64,000 nucleotides of DNA from Phycisphaeraceae bacterium (GTDB lineage Bacteria; Planctomycetota; Phycisphaerae; Phycisphaerales; UBA1924): contig JACKHE010000005.1 in the NCBI GenBank assembly GCA_020639135.1, positions 124,531 through 188,530 on the forward strand. The letters run 5' to 3'. Below are positions 17,840 through 27,210 of this stretch, piece by piece. The notes beneath the pieces are model-generated. The model made no database searches, had not been told where the DNA came from, and saw nothing but the letters and a program-made list of their open reading frames with translations. Positions within the stretch are counted from its first letter, which is position 1; every line of letters starts with the position of its first letter. A program made the position numbers and the translations under genes.

Positions 17840-18352
17840 ATGACCACATCACCATTCGGCGGCGACATCGCCAGCTGCGGCCTGCCGGTCGACATCAGCA
17901 TCCTGACACACTCGATCAACGGCGTCGAGATGCCCGAGCTCAAGGTCGGCGCTATCGGCGTCACGCTGCCCGACGGCAGCGTCCGCGAGCAGCAGCACCG
18001 CGCCCTGGCGATGCTGCGCGACGGCACCATCGTGGACGCGATCCAGGACTCGATCCGGTGCGACTACTGCGCCGCCGAGGTCGCGCACCTTGCGCAGCGC
18101 GAGGGCTTGACGCCCTTCGAGGAGCTTGTGGCGAGCCGGCACCACCGATCCAACATCGCCCGCTCCGTCCTGACGGGCATCCCGCTGTGCTGCCGCCACC
18201 AGGTCCGCTTCACGCTGGGGGGCGGGCGCATCGTCGTGATCTCGCCCAACGAGGAGGCGGCGCTCCGGAAGCAGTGCAACGACCGCAGGTCGCTGATGAT
18301 CGAGGTGCTCTGCGAGTACGTCCCCGACCATGCTCCACGGGCGCTCACCTAA
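17840..18352 (+). CDS. hypothetical Cys-containing protein
   Basis: AGGAGG at 17826-17831, ATG at 17840 (the ORF track starts at 17795). CDYC...CCRH might be a metal site. No family recognised. Confidence 0.5.
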   Translation: MTTSPFGGDIASCGLPVDISILTHSINGVEMPELKVGAIGVTLPDGSVREQQHRALAMLRDGTIVDAIQDSIRCDYCAAEVAHLAQREGLTPFEELVASRHHRSNIARSVLTGIPLCCRHQVRFTLGGGRIVVISPNEEAALRKQCNDRRSLMIEVLCEYVPDHAPRALT

Positions 18353-20297
18353 CCCCTACGGCGGCGGCTACCGCTCGCAGCGATTGCGCCGCGCTGTCGA
18401 GCGCGCCCGTTCTCATGGAACACCGCCGGTCGCCGGGTCGCGCGCGATGCAGCCGTGGCCCGGCGGCTGGCCCCCGATGCCCCACGGCGCTTTCTGTGAT
18501 GGGCCGTGCCTGTTGGGGTTCACCCCGGACGGTCGGCAACTGCGGATCAACGAGGACGACCTGAACGGCCCCGTGACGCTGGTGGTCGGTCCTCCCAGGT
18601 CGGGCAAGACCGTGCTGGCCGAGCGGCTGATGGCGACGGTGGACGCCCTGGGCGGCTTGGTCATCGGCGTGGACACCAAGAACGCCTCCGACCATGAGCC
18701 CGGTCACGGGCTGCCGACGCTGGTCCCCCGGGATCTGGCGCTGGGATTGGAACCGCCGCCGGGCGTTGACGAGGAGGTCTTCCTGGGCCGCTGGATCCGC
18801 CTAATCGAGCAGAGCCTGTACCTGCACTCGGGCAGCCGGTACCTCCTCGAGGAGTGGCGGAAGCTGCGGCTGGCGCTGGCGCCCGGCGAGCGGGTCTGCT
18901 GGCGGGCGGTGCTGGAGGCGTTGGAGCTCAGGCTCGACAAGGCCAAGGGGTGGTCCAAGCAGTCCCAGCACCTCGATTCGGCGGTTAATGCGCTGGGGCG
19001 GCTGTGCCGGTCCACGGAGCTGTTCTCCAGCGTCGTCGGTCTGGACTGGAGAAGACGGTTCTCGCACAGCCACACGATCCTCCTGCGGGGGCAGACGGCC
19101 GAAGCCGCTCGGATTGCCACCTTGATCTATCTGGAGGCCTTCCCGCTGTACGCCACGGCGATGGGGTGGACGGACCGGCGGTTCCGGGGGCTCTTCGTGC
19201 TGGACGACGCTCGCGTCCTCGTCAAGCGGGGTGAGCGGCACGACCACGCCGATGTGGACGCCCTGATCAACTTCGCCGATCTGGCGCACGTCAACGGCGC
19301 CGGGACGATGGTGGTGGTCCAGCATCTCGGGGAGGTGTCGGACGATCTGGTCAGCAGCGCCAACGGCCTGATCCTGTGCGGCCCGGTCAGCGAGCAGGAC
19401 ATCGCCCGCCTGCGGGGGCGGATGCAGCTGACCCCGTTGCAGACCCAGTGGCTGCTGCACCAACCCGTGTTTTACGCGGTGGCGCACTTCAGGCGGCAGG
19501 CGTGGTCCTTCGGCGTTCCGATCCGGCTGGCGCCGCCGTCGCCGACAACACCGGCGGGCTCGTTCGCGGGGGCGGACCGGGAGCGTCGGCGCCGTGCGAT
19601 GTTCGATGGAATGACGCCGAAGCTGTGGGCGCCGGCGCCGATTTCGGCGTCATCGACGGCCACGTCGTCGACGGCATCCACTGAACGAAGCGGCAATGGA
19701 GATCAGGATAGCGATGAGAAGCAAGGGCTTTCCGCGAAGCTGCACCGTCTGTTGACGGAGTTGGCCGATCACCCGCATCTGCTCCAGTCGGAACTGGGCC
19801 AGCGGTGCGGGGTGCGGGGTCGGGAGCTGACGGCGTGCCGGGACGAGTTGCAACAACTCGGGCTGGTCAGGACGCACCGGCTGCTGCGGTACGCGTTGTG
19901 GGAGCTGACACAGAAGGGAGCAGAACGGATCGGGCGGCGGTTCATCCCTCTTGCCGGTCGGGGAAGCCACTCGCACCGATTCATGCAGGCGAGGTGGGCG
20001 GCATGGAAGCGGCGGGCGTGCCCTCGGGTTGAAGTGGAGCACGAGATCCCAGGTGTCGGGCCGGTTGACGGCTACGCCGAAACCGCCGAGGGGGCTGTTG
20101 AGGTCGTCGAGATCGTTCTGAGCGAAGAGACCGTGGACCGGGCTATTGAGAAACTGGTCAAGGTGGATGGGGTTCGGACAATCGTCGTCACTGATCAAGA
20201 CGCTGTGCAGCGGATCCGCAGGCGGGTGGGGGACTTAGCCGGGATCGGGGTGTTGTCGGTGCGGGAGCTAGTGGCTATAGGGCAATGCTCTAGTTAG
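18330..20297 (+). CDS. FtsK/HerA-like P-loop ATPase with wHTH-like and nuclease-like C-terminal regions
   Basis: Walker A VVGPPRSGKT, Walker B LFVLDDA. wHTH-like LHRLLTELADHPHLLQSELGQRCGVRGRELTACRDELQQLGLVRTH. C-terminal E..D..ExE pattern. Start uncertain (18330, 18447 or 18477). Confidence 0.75.
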   Translation: MLHGRSPNPYGGGYRSQRLRRAVERARSHGTPPVAGSRAMQPWPGGWPPMPHGAFCDGPCLLGFTPDGRQLRINEDDLNGPVTLVVGPPRSGKTVLAERLMATVDALGGLVIGVDTKNASDHEPGHGLPTLVPRDLALGLEPPPGVDEEVFLGRWIRLIEQSLYLHSGSRYLLEEWRKLRLALAPGERVCWRAVLEALELRLDKAKGWSKQSQHLDSAVNALGRLCRSTELFSSVVGLDWRRRFSHSHTILLRGQTAEAARIATLIYLEAFPLYATAMGWTDRRFRGLFVLDDARVLVKRGERHDHADVDALINFADLAHVNGAGTMVVVQHLGEVSDDLVSSANGLILCGPVSEQDIARLRGRMQLTPLQTQWLLHQPVFYAVAHFRRQAWSFGVPIRLAPPSPTTPAGSFAGADRERRRRAMFDGMTPKLWAPAPISASSTATSSTASTERSGNGDQDSDEKQGLSAKLHRLLTELADHPHLLQSELGQRCGVRGRELTACRDELQQLGLVRTHRLLRYALWELTQKGAERIGRRFIPLAGRGSHSHRFMQARWAAWKRRACPRVEVEHEIPGVGPVDGYAETAEGAVEVVEIVLSEETVDRAIEKLVKVDGVRTIVVTDQDAVQRIRRRVGDLAGIGVLSVRELVAIGQCSS

Positions 20298-20532
20298 GTA
20301 TGTGCTAACCAAGCCCCATTCGTCCAAAGCCCAATGCAGTTTGTGTCAAGAATGTTTTGGGTGGAGTTTCGAAAGAATCGATTTGATCTGTTTTTGTATT
20401 AAAAATCGATTATTACCAAGCACTAACGGGATGCAGTCAAAATTTGTTTTTGCATGCACTGATGGACAATGCAGCTATTTTCCAGAGGGCATTTTGGTAG
20501 TGTGTGCTGATCGTGCCCGCTCTTCCGTCTTG

Positions 20533-21528
20533 ATGATGAAGATGAACCGGGATGAAGACATGTCAAACAGTAGGATTCATCAAGAGCAGTTCATCGACTT
20601 TGTCAGAGATGCGATCGAGAACCGAAACTTCACGATTCCTGAGGCTGCTGAGCGATGTGGTGTTTCAGATCAAACACTCCGTAATTATTTGCGGTTCGTT
20701 TCATGGCCTGATGCACGTCAATTGGAAATTCTCATCGAGCGGCTGCATCTTCCTACCAGGGCAGCTGCACAGGCATGGCTGTTCGGGCTGATCGAGCGCC
20801 AAGGCGCGACCTACGTTTCCCATTTCGCTCAACTCGATATTGCCGAGCAGGGCATTCCAACTGCACCATCCAAAGCCGAGAAATCCATCAGGGACAATCC
20901 ATGTGATGAACAGACGGATGCGTTTATCGCCGAGATCGCGACACGCATCAGGCGGTATCGCAGAGGAATGACTGCTTGGGATACACCGAAAAAGAGCTTG
21001 AGAGTAAATACCTCTGGCCCTGATGGGCATTGGCTTAGTGTGCCCGGAAACGAGCCGATCGAACACCTCCCGGTTGGCATGCGTCGTGAAGGGCTTGGTT
21101 TTCTTTCGAGTTGGATTCGTGTGCCCGCGGGTTACGGCGCATTCCACAAGCATGTTTCGAATCGCTTTCTCGATTCGGGAACTGAAGTCTTTGTTGTCTT
21201 TAAAGGGAAAGGGCATTTGGTTGTCGAGTCTCCTCTCGAGTCCAAAGACAAAGATGGTGTTGAGGTGTTTGGTTTGACGCCATTTGCATCGGGGCACTAC
21301 GAAGGGTGTTCCGGACATCTTTTTCTTGCGTCAGGTGAATGTGATCTGGTCCTTTTTACCGTTTGTATTCCGGTTCCTCCAGAGCTGGCAAAGGGTAAGC
21401 CATTTGTCACCAATACCGAACACGGAGTGTCAGAGGGCAAGGCATTCAAAATTAATTCTGAATTGCCGGATTTGCCTGATGGATTTGTTGAAGCGGTTCG
21501 CGCGATTAGAGAGACCCCGCATCCCTGA
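20533..21528 (+). CDS. HTH (XRE-like) protein with possible cupin-like C-terminal domain
   Basis: Lies in an AT-rich segment. FTIPEAAERCGVSDQTLRNYL is an HTH. GAFHKHVSNRFLDSGTEVFVVFKGKGHLVV looks like a cupin beta-barrel. The start was chosen at the ATG cluster at 20533; the ORF track starts at 20302. Confidence 0.5.
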   Translation: MMKMNRDEDMSNSRIHQEQFIDFVRDAIENRNFTIPEAAERCGVSDQTLRNYLRFVSWPDARQLEILIERLHLPTRAAAQAWLFGLIERQGATYVSHFAQLDIAEQGIPTAPSKAEKSIRDNPCDEQTDAFIAEIATRIRRYRRGMTAWDTPKKSLRVNTSGPDGHWLSVPGNEPIEHLPVGMRREGLGFLSSWIRVPAGYGAFHKHVSNRFLDSGTEVFVVFKGKGHLVVESPLESKDKDGVEVFGLTPFASGHYEGCSGHLFLASGECDLVLFTVCIPVPPELAKGKPFVTNTEHGVSEGKAFKINSELPDLPDGFVEAVRAIRETPHP

Positions 21529-21554
21529 CCGGATAACGAAAGGAATCTCTTACG

Positions 21555-22163
21555 ATGAATGCAATGCACAACAAAATGAGCAGCGAGACTCCTCGGGATT
21601 CCCCTTCAATGTGCCCTGTTCACATCACCTCGCGAACAGGAGAACTGGTGGGGACATACCGCGATCTTGAGGCCCTGCTGAATACCTTGTCTAGATATGT
21701 CGTAGTCGATTATCCTCGTCGCCGGATTATCGTGCAGGATATCGAGCGGCGGTACGAGAAGACATTGGATGAGATTGCAAAGGAATCGGCAGCATTAAAG
21801 TTGGCGACCGAAAAAATTGGCCACAGTGGACAGCGTCAGATCAGCAAATTAATGGGGCTGGTCGCTCTTAATGCACTCGTGTGCTATCCAATGACACACC
21901 CGTCAATTGCATGGTGTTACGGTTGGACAGGATATGTCGATCTCTACAATATTAAGATCAGGGTGCAAAAAGACATTTCGGCTGTAAACAAGGTGATTGA
22001 CGCATGCCGACCCGGGATGCCATTCTTCCATACCAGGACGACCCCATACTACATCATGTCGCCAGAAGCCGCAGGCGGTTCAAGTGAGGGCGCTGATCGT
22101 GGGTACAGGATTGTCCTTTGCCGACATGCCAGTTCATTCAGCTATGTGAATCATGGCCAATAA
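21555..22163 (+). CDS. hypothetical protein
   Basis: 202-aa ORF in the AT-rich segment, 26 nt after the upstream stop. No domain recognised. Confidence 0.5.
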   Translation: MNAMHNKMSSETPRDSPSMCPVHITSRTGELVGTYRDLEALLNTLSRYVVVDYPRRRIIVQDIERRYEKTLDEIAKESAALKLATEKIGHSGQRQISKLMGLVALNALVCYPMTHPSIAWCYGWTGYVDLYNIKIRVQKDISAVNKVIDACRPGMPFFHTRTTPYYIMSPEAAGGSSEGADRGYRIVLCRHASSFSYVNHGQ

Positions 22164-22942
22164 GGAAGCATAAGCCGGTGTGTGGAAGAGTCTGGTTGGC
22201 TGTCGGACGAAATCCAAGCGCACGCGGCGTTGTATTGCATATGTAGATCTGGATGGATGGCATTATCAATCGGATCGGGATTGATTGCATGGTGCGTTGT
22301 TGAGAATAAGTCATCAAGTATGCGCGAGAATTGGGTTAGGTGCTTTGTGGAGGCCCTCTGAAAGTACCCTTTGGGTTCTGGACACGGCGTAACCGAGTAT
22401 ACTGACGAAGCCCTGTGAAGCAGTCGTCCCGAACGATCAACAGGTAATGCGCCAACCCATCGATAACCGAGTTCTCGTTTGCGAAGCGATACTGCCCAGG
22501 CGCTGCATCCTAAATACCAATCAATCAGCGGCTCTTTATGCTCGCTGGTGATTCGGGATACGATGGAGCTCGGAAGTGCGCCTCTGCGAATTAGGATGTA
22601 ATTCGTCGAGAATTCATGGGGGTATACCATGGATGCTCGGCAACGCGACAACGCATTGGCTAATTCCAATGAATTGCGTTGCCTTAACAACAATGCGGTC
22701 GACATTGGTATGCTTGATACCACATCAAGCAAGGACTCATCATGATGTTCAGAGCATCCACTATTTGTGGCGTCTAGCGCTCGGCAAATATCGTTCAAGA
22801 GATCTTTGGGGGAAAGTACTCTGCGTTCTTGAACCGTCACAATCTGTGTGATGTCGCCATCACACCGCCCCCAAATCGTGCTGCTTGATAATCGCTCCCA
22901 GCCTAGTGATTCCAGTCCATTATGTACCATACGATTGTGCAT
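22151..22942 (-). CDS. hypothetical protein
   Basis: 263-aa ORF in the AT-rich segment, convergent with the previous gene (13-nt 3' overlap). No domain recognised. Confidence 0.5.
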   Translation of the reverse strand: MHNRMVHNGLESLGWERLSSSTIWGRCDGDITQIVTVQERRVLSPKDLLNDICRALDATNSGCSEHHDESLLDVVSSIPMSTALLLRQRNSLELANALSRCRASMVYPHEFSTNYILIRRGALPSSIVSRITSEHKEPLIDWYLGCSAWAVSLRKRELGYRWVGALPVDRSGRLLHRASSVYSVTPCPEPKGYFQRASTKHLTQFSRILDDLFSTTHHAINPDPIDNAIHPDLHMQYNAACAWISSDSQPDSSTHRLMLPYWP

Positions 22943-23057
22943 ATGTCATTGCTTATCAATGTTGCGCACACGAAGAGATGCCTAGCTGGCAATAATTCGA
23001 GATACTCCAGTGGGCGACGAACGAGAATAGCGTGTGCAAAGGCAGTTGAGCAAGCGC

Positions 23058-24872
23058 TTAAACTGGAACATTGGGACACGCAGAGATCCAACGAAGGAAT
23101 CCTGGAGGCGTGAATACTCTGATTCCTGCTTGCCTGCATCTTCTCAGCACAGGCTGCGGTATACCATTGGGCAGCAATGCGTACTTTTCAATTGAAGTGA
23201 GCGAGTTTAGCCGCTGTATGCAATGCATAAAATTTGCAGACCCTGTCTCCACCTCAAGCACGAGTGTGCGACTATCTAGCTCCGCGTGTAGGTCATACCG
23301 GAAATCGTTGTGGATCCATTCAGTGGAGACAGTCCATCCAGAATCTCGCAAGCGATTTGCTACTCGATCTTGCCAATAGGCATGCTGAAGTGACCCGTTA
23401 ATTGGGGTGATGTGGAATTTTCTACCGGCACAGAATACTCTTCCAGAGTTTGTCATTTCAAGTAATACGATCCCGCCCTCGGGCACCTTGATGGGGTAGG
23501 GCTTGATGAGCCCGTCTTCGACAAGGACGTTTTTGAACGAGTTGCCCTTTCGGCGAGCCAATCCGAGGCGGTCATACCGCTTGGCTACACCATCGAATGG
23601 GTATGCCGCGATATCTCTAAGCAGCGCCAGTACTTGCGGGTCGTCGAAAATCCCTCGACCGCCCGAATCAGGCGATTCCACCGTGTACGCCGATTCCAAC
23701 TGAATTTGCCCGTCAATGTGCTCAGAAGTGGCAATTCCGCCCGGTCCGCTCGCCTGTGCGCTGTTCACCTGGGTGGAATCGCTGGTCTCTGCGGCTCTTG
23801 AGAACGGCCCCTGTCGGAACCGTTGCTCGACGAGCCTGTCGGTCATCTGCCCCTTCGGGACAGAGATAAGCGGCGCCTGAAAATGCACGGCCCTTGGCCA
23901 GCGCCCGCTTAATCGGCAGATGCCCTGGCCGATGGGCAGCGCGCTGAGCATCGCGGCGCCCTCTTGGTCGAGGAGGAGGTTCTGTGCTGCGGCCAACAGA
24001 TCGGTGCGGGAGCGCAGCGACATGGAGACGAACCCGTAGCAGTTGGCCATGACGACCTGGCTGAGTGTCGAAGGCGACTGGCTGCAGAGGATCATCCCCA
24101 GGCCGACTTCTCGTGACTGGCGCGCCATGGTTTCGATGATGGACTCGCGGGCTCCAGTGCGGTTTGGGACTAACTCCTGGGCCTCTTCGAGCGCCAGCAC
24201 AAAGCGCAGCCGCTCGCGCTGTGGTTGAGCGAGCAGGGTGTAGTGCAAAGACCGCGCGATCAGATTCGTGATGAATCCGGCGTCTTGTCGGCTCAGCCCG
24301 TCCAACTCCAGCACGGTGTGGTGGTCGAGCAGTTGAGCGACTGCATTGGCGTCTCGCCTGCGGTTCAGCACGATGCCAAGCGGACCGCTCGTCAGGTGGC
24401 CGAGGATACGCTTTGCGGTTTCCGCCCAGGTGGCTGCACGGCCCTTGAGTTTGGCGGAAGTGATCGCTCTCTGGACATCGAGCAGGGTAGGGGCGCGCTT
24501 AGGATTGTTGCACCAGAGCCTCGTCGCCGCGGCGATGATCAGATTAGCGACACCGTCGCCACCCGTATAGGCGCGGTTCACTTCTTCGGCGATTTGTCGA
24601 ATGTGAACGTCAAAGCCGACACCGGGCGGCGGGGCAAGAGGATTGAACGAGAAGGGCGCTCCGATATCACGTCCGAGCGCAAGCACCTGGATGTCCTGCC
24701 CAGTCGGCAACGCAGCAAGATGGCGCGTGCTCCGCTTAAAGTCGGTCACACACCAGGGGATCTGGGCATCCATGAGCTGGACCAGCAGGTGATGGAGCAG
24801 ATTGCTCTTGCCGCTGCCGGTCTGGCCGACGATGACGAGATGGCGGGTCAGTTCTTCGGGAGTCAGCCCCAA
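23058..24872 (-). CDS. FtsK/HerA-like P-loop ATPase-wHTH-nuclease-like protein (paralogue of 18330-20297); 5' end unresolved
   Basis: Walker A IVGQTGSGKS, Walker B FVLALEEAQ. A PPPGV motif is shared with the paralogue. The C-terminus has RYDLHAE...LVLEVETG. The first canonical start (TTG 24872) leaves only 11 aa before the P-loop strand, and the frame stays open and protein-like up to 25136. Confidence 0.8.
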   Translation of the reverse strand: MGLTPEELTRHLVIVGQTGSGKSNLLHHLLVQLMDAQIPWCVTDFKRSTRHLAALPTGQDIQVLALGRDIGAPFSFNPLAPPPGVGFDVHIRQIAEEVNRAYTGGDGVANLIIAAATRLWCNNPKRAPTLLDVQRAITSAKLKGRAATWAETAKRILGHLTSGPLGIVLNRRRDANAVAQLLDHHTVLELDGLSRQDAGFITNLIARSLHYTLLAQPQRERLRFVLALEEAQELVPNRTGARESIIETMARQSREVGLGMILCSQSPSTLSQVVMANCYGFVSMSLRSRTDLLAAAQNLLLDQEGAAMLSALPIGQGICRLSGRWPRAVHFQAPLISVPKGQMTDRLVEQRFRQGPFSRAAETSDSTQVNSAQASGPGGIATSEHIDGQIQLESAYTVESPDSGGRGIFDDPQVLALLRDIAAYPFDGVAKRYDRLGLARRKGNSFKNVLVEDGLIKPYPIKVPEGGIVLLEMTNSGRVFCAGRKFHITPINGSLQHAYWQDRVANRLRDSGWTVSTEWIHNDFRYDLHAELDSRTLVLEVETGSANFMHCIQRLNSLTSIEKYALLPNGIPQPVLRRCRQAGIRVFTPPGFLRWISACPNVPV

Positions 24873-25126
24873 CCAGCCCAGCGTGTGGACGCCATGGCGG
24901 ATCCGCCCCAGGCGGAGCGGGCCATCGGCTTCAGTTCCACTTGGGGGTTCGAGCAGTGTTGTAAACCGCCCAGACGTTTGCCTGCTGAGCAGGTTGGTCA
25001 GGGTCAGGATCTCACGCTGTTCGGTAGGGTCACCAGTCAGGAACGCTGATTCCAGCGCCTGGGCCTTGGCTTCGCCCAGCAGGGGGCGGAGCTGACGGAA
25101 TCGGGAGTGCGTGTTGGGGTTGGCGG

Positions 25127-25576
25127 TCAGCGTCCATCACCCGGCGAGGCGGTTTGTCGAAGAAACTCTTTCAAGAACGCGACGCGCGCGGCGTCCACCG
25201 CAGCATCCCGTGAACTCACGAGCAGCGAGGAGAGGTCCTTCCAGAGCGATAGTCGTTCACCATGTAGCCGGTCTTCGAGGCGTTCGATGCGTGCCTGAAG
25301 GGCGTTTCTCGGCTCGTCTTCGACATAGGGCGGTAAGTTGAGCTGCTGGCGCTTGGCCTCGCATAACTGCTCGGCAAGATCACTGCAACGCGCATCGCTG
25401 ATGCCGATGCGTTGCGCGGCCAGGACTGCAGGTAGTCGCAGCTTGTTCGATGCGGTGACTTGGCGTTGGTGCTGCCAACGATCAACGGTTGATTGGGCCG
25501 GCTCGGCGTAGATGTCGTATGAGGGACTGATGTCACCTCTTGGGAGTAGTCTCATGGAGGTGGGTGGGATGCTCAA
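25127..25576 (-). CDS. hypothetical helical protein (possibly the displaced N-terminus of the downstream ATPase)
   Basis: 149-aa ORF with coiled-coil-like RNALQARIERLEDRLHGERLSLWKDL. Its stop overlaps the open upstream extension of the ATPase frame by 10 nt. Confidence 0.45.
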   Translation of the reverse strand: MSIPPTSMRLLPRGDISPSYDIYAEPAQSTVDRWQHQRQVTASNKLRLPAVLAAQRIGISDARCSDLAEQLCEAKRQQLNLPPYVEDEPRNALQARIERLEDRLHGERLSLWKDLSSLLVSSRDAAVDAARVAFLKEFLRQTASPGDGR

Positions 25577-25624
25577 CCTACATGTATTGCGCTGAATTGA
25601 CCTGCAAAAAATGGTCGATACTGC

Positions 25625-26686
25625 CTAGGAACCAGTCACGAACAGATAGATCAACGCGTTCACAACCCGCATCCCGAACGGTATGGCCGCAAGCAGTCCG
25701 AAGCCGTAAAAGGCAGCACAGAATAAGCGGCTCATGGGGCGGTCCCACGAAGCGCCCTGATACACGATATCCTCTCGTTCCTGGAGCACAGTCCATTCAT
25801 GCCGCGAGCTGTTCGCTACGACATCCGGGCATCGCGACCAGAAGATGGACAACGCGATGGCGATACAGACGAGTCCGAGCAGCATCCAGAAATACTCGAT
25901 GGAAAGATACATCGATGGAAGTGAGAGCGAGTCGCTGCTGAGCACTTGAACGTGTGTGTTCCACCATTGCGACAATGAGGCGAGCAGGACAAGGGCGATG
26001 ACAGTGAACCAGGACAACGTCATCATTCTTGTCGAGCCGATCTTGCTGAGTGTTTCCCAGGGCAGGTAGGGAAATGGCGATTGGAAATGGGCATGTTCCA
26101 TCGCGGTCCTGTTTTTGAACATAGGGCGGGACGGCCCCCAGAGCCCTTTACAGTTGTCGAATCGCATCAGCCGGTAGTGGCAGCCCTCGAACTTTGCGCG
26201 GATGAATTTGCAGTCCTTGAAGCACGCGGTTGAATCGGGTTCGAGCAAGCAGTGGATCGCGGCATCCACAAGCCTGGAGGTGTGTATCGTCGCATCAAGG
26301 TCGCCCCTGCTCACCTCGAACCGCCTGCAAAATTGCGAAGATACCGACACGACACCGGAGCATTCCCGGAACGAGAAGCCTGTCGGCGCGTCCATGGCGC
26401 GGTACTGGAGCTTGAATGCATGGAGGGCGCATTGATCGAATAACCGATGCAGAACCTCACCCGTCGGTAATTCGGGAGCAGAAAACCCCGGTACATGGAA
26501 AATCTCTGCGGTGATGAAATCACAACCGACGAATCGCAGGGAGGACGGCGCTCGCCAGACCGGGCTATCCGACCGGATGGTTCGACTTTCAACCTGGTAT
26601 GACTGGCCTGGTCGAACGGTCTGCTGAATGAGGGACTCTGCTTCCTCGTCAGTAAGTAACGGGCGCTGAGGCTCTGAATCGTCCAT
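25625..26686 (-). CDS. membrane protein with pentapeptide-repeat-like N-terminal domain
   Basis: ATG 26686 is preferred because the ORF-track start 26794 would overlap a divergent ORF. A Cys/Phe-rich repeat-like region (FVGCDFITAEIF...FRECSGVV...FKDCKFIRAKFEGCHYRLMRFDNCKGLW) is followed by 4-5 hydrophobic helices. Confidence 0.5.
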   Translation of the reverse strand: MDDSEPQRPLLTDEEAESLIQQTVRPGQSYQVESRTIRSDSPVWRAPSSLRFVGCDFITAEIFHVPGFSAPELPTGEVLHRLFDQCALHAFKLQYRAMDAPTGFSFRECSGVVSVSSQFCRRFEVSRGDLDATIHTSRLVDAAIHCLLEPDSTACFKDCKFIRAKFEGCHYRLMRFDNCKGLWGPSRPMFKNRTAMEHAHFQSPFPYLPWETLSKIGSTRMMTLSWFTVIALVLLASLSQWWNTHVQVLSSDSLSLPSMYLSIEYFWMLLGLVCIAIALSIFWSRCPDVVANSSRHEWTVLQEREDIVYQGASWDRPMSRLFCAAFYGFGLLAAIPFGMRVVNALIYLFVTGS

Positions 26687-26787
26687 GGCTGAGCCCTTTG
26701 AAATAGATCCTGATTCTTTCGGTTTGACCGGATGAAGTGGGGCAATCGAGCACAATCTTATTATGCCGATTCCGTGAGTGCTGATCC

Positions 26788-27042
26788 ATGACAACCAACC
26801 AGCACTACTCCGATGTGGTCATCGTGGACCTGCTCACCGATCTGATCGCAAGAACTGAGCATGTCAACAGGAGTGCTGAGCGGCTCTCTCGCAGGCGAAT
26901 TCCCCGGGCTGTTGGACTTGATGCCGATGCTTCGGAGCGCCGGATCGCCTCGCTCCTGCTCGATCTACACGGCCTGCACGCCCAACTCGGCGCCGCGATC
27001 GTGGCGATGGAACGCCGGGAGCTCAGGAAACTCCTGCGCTAG
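26788..27042 (+). CDS. hypothetical small protein
   Basis: 84-aa ORF, helical, no motif recognised. Weak call. Confidence 0.3.
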   Translation: MTTNQHYSDVVIVDLLTDLIARTEHVNRSAERLSRRRIPRAVGLDADASERRIASLLLDLHGLHAQLGAAIVAMERRELRKLLR

Positions 27043-27210
27043 CTTCCGATCCACATCGGAACACATCCATGTGGACTCCATGTGCAGTTGATTCTAAAAC
27101 CCCCTCTGCATTCCACAATAATGTGCGGTTTCGTCCCAAGCTCGACACGAATCGGGTGCGGGTCGATCCGCTGCAAGGCAGTTCAATCAACGGGGGGATG
27201 AACAGACGCG

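Larger units (their letters stand above)
14289..20297. mobile_element. integrative-element module (int, xis, small membrane proteins, DNA MTase, FtsK/HerA-like ATPase); boundaries not established
   Basis: Called on gene content only. I could not find flanking direct repeats or a tRNA target by eye. The right boundary is set at the abrupt GC drop near 20300 and may lie further right. Confidence 0.4.
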
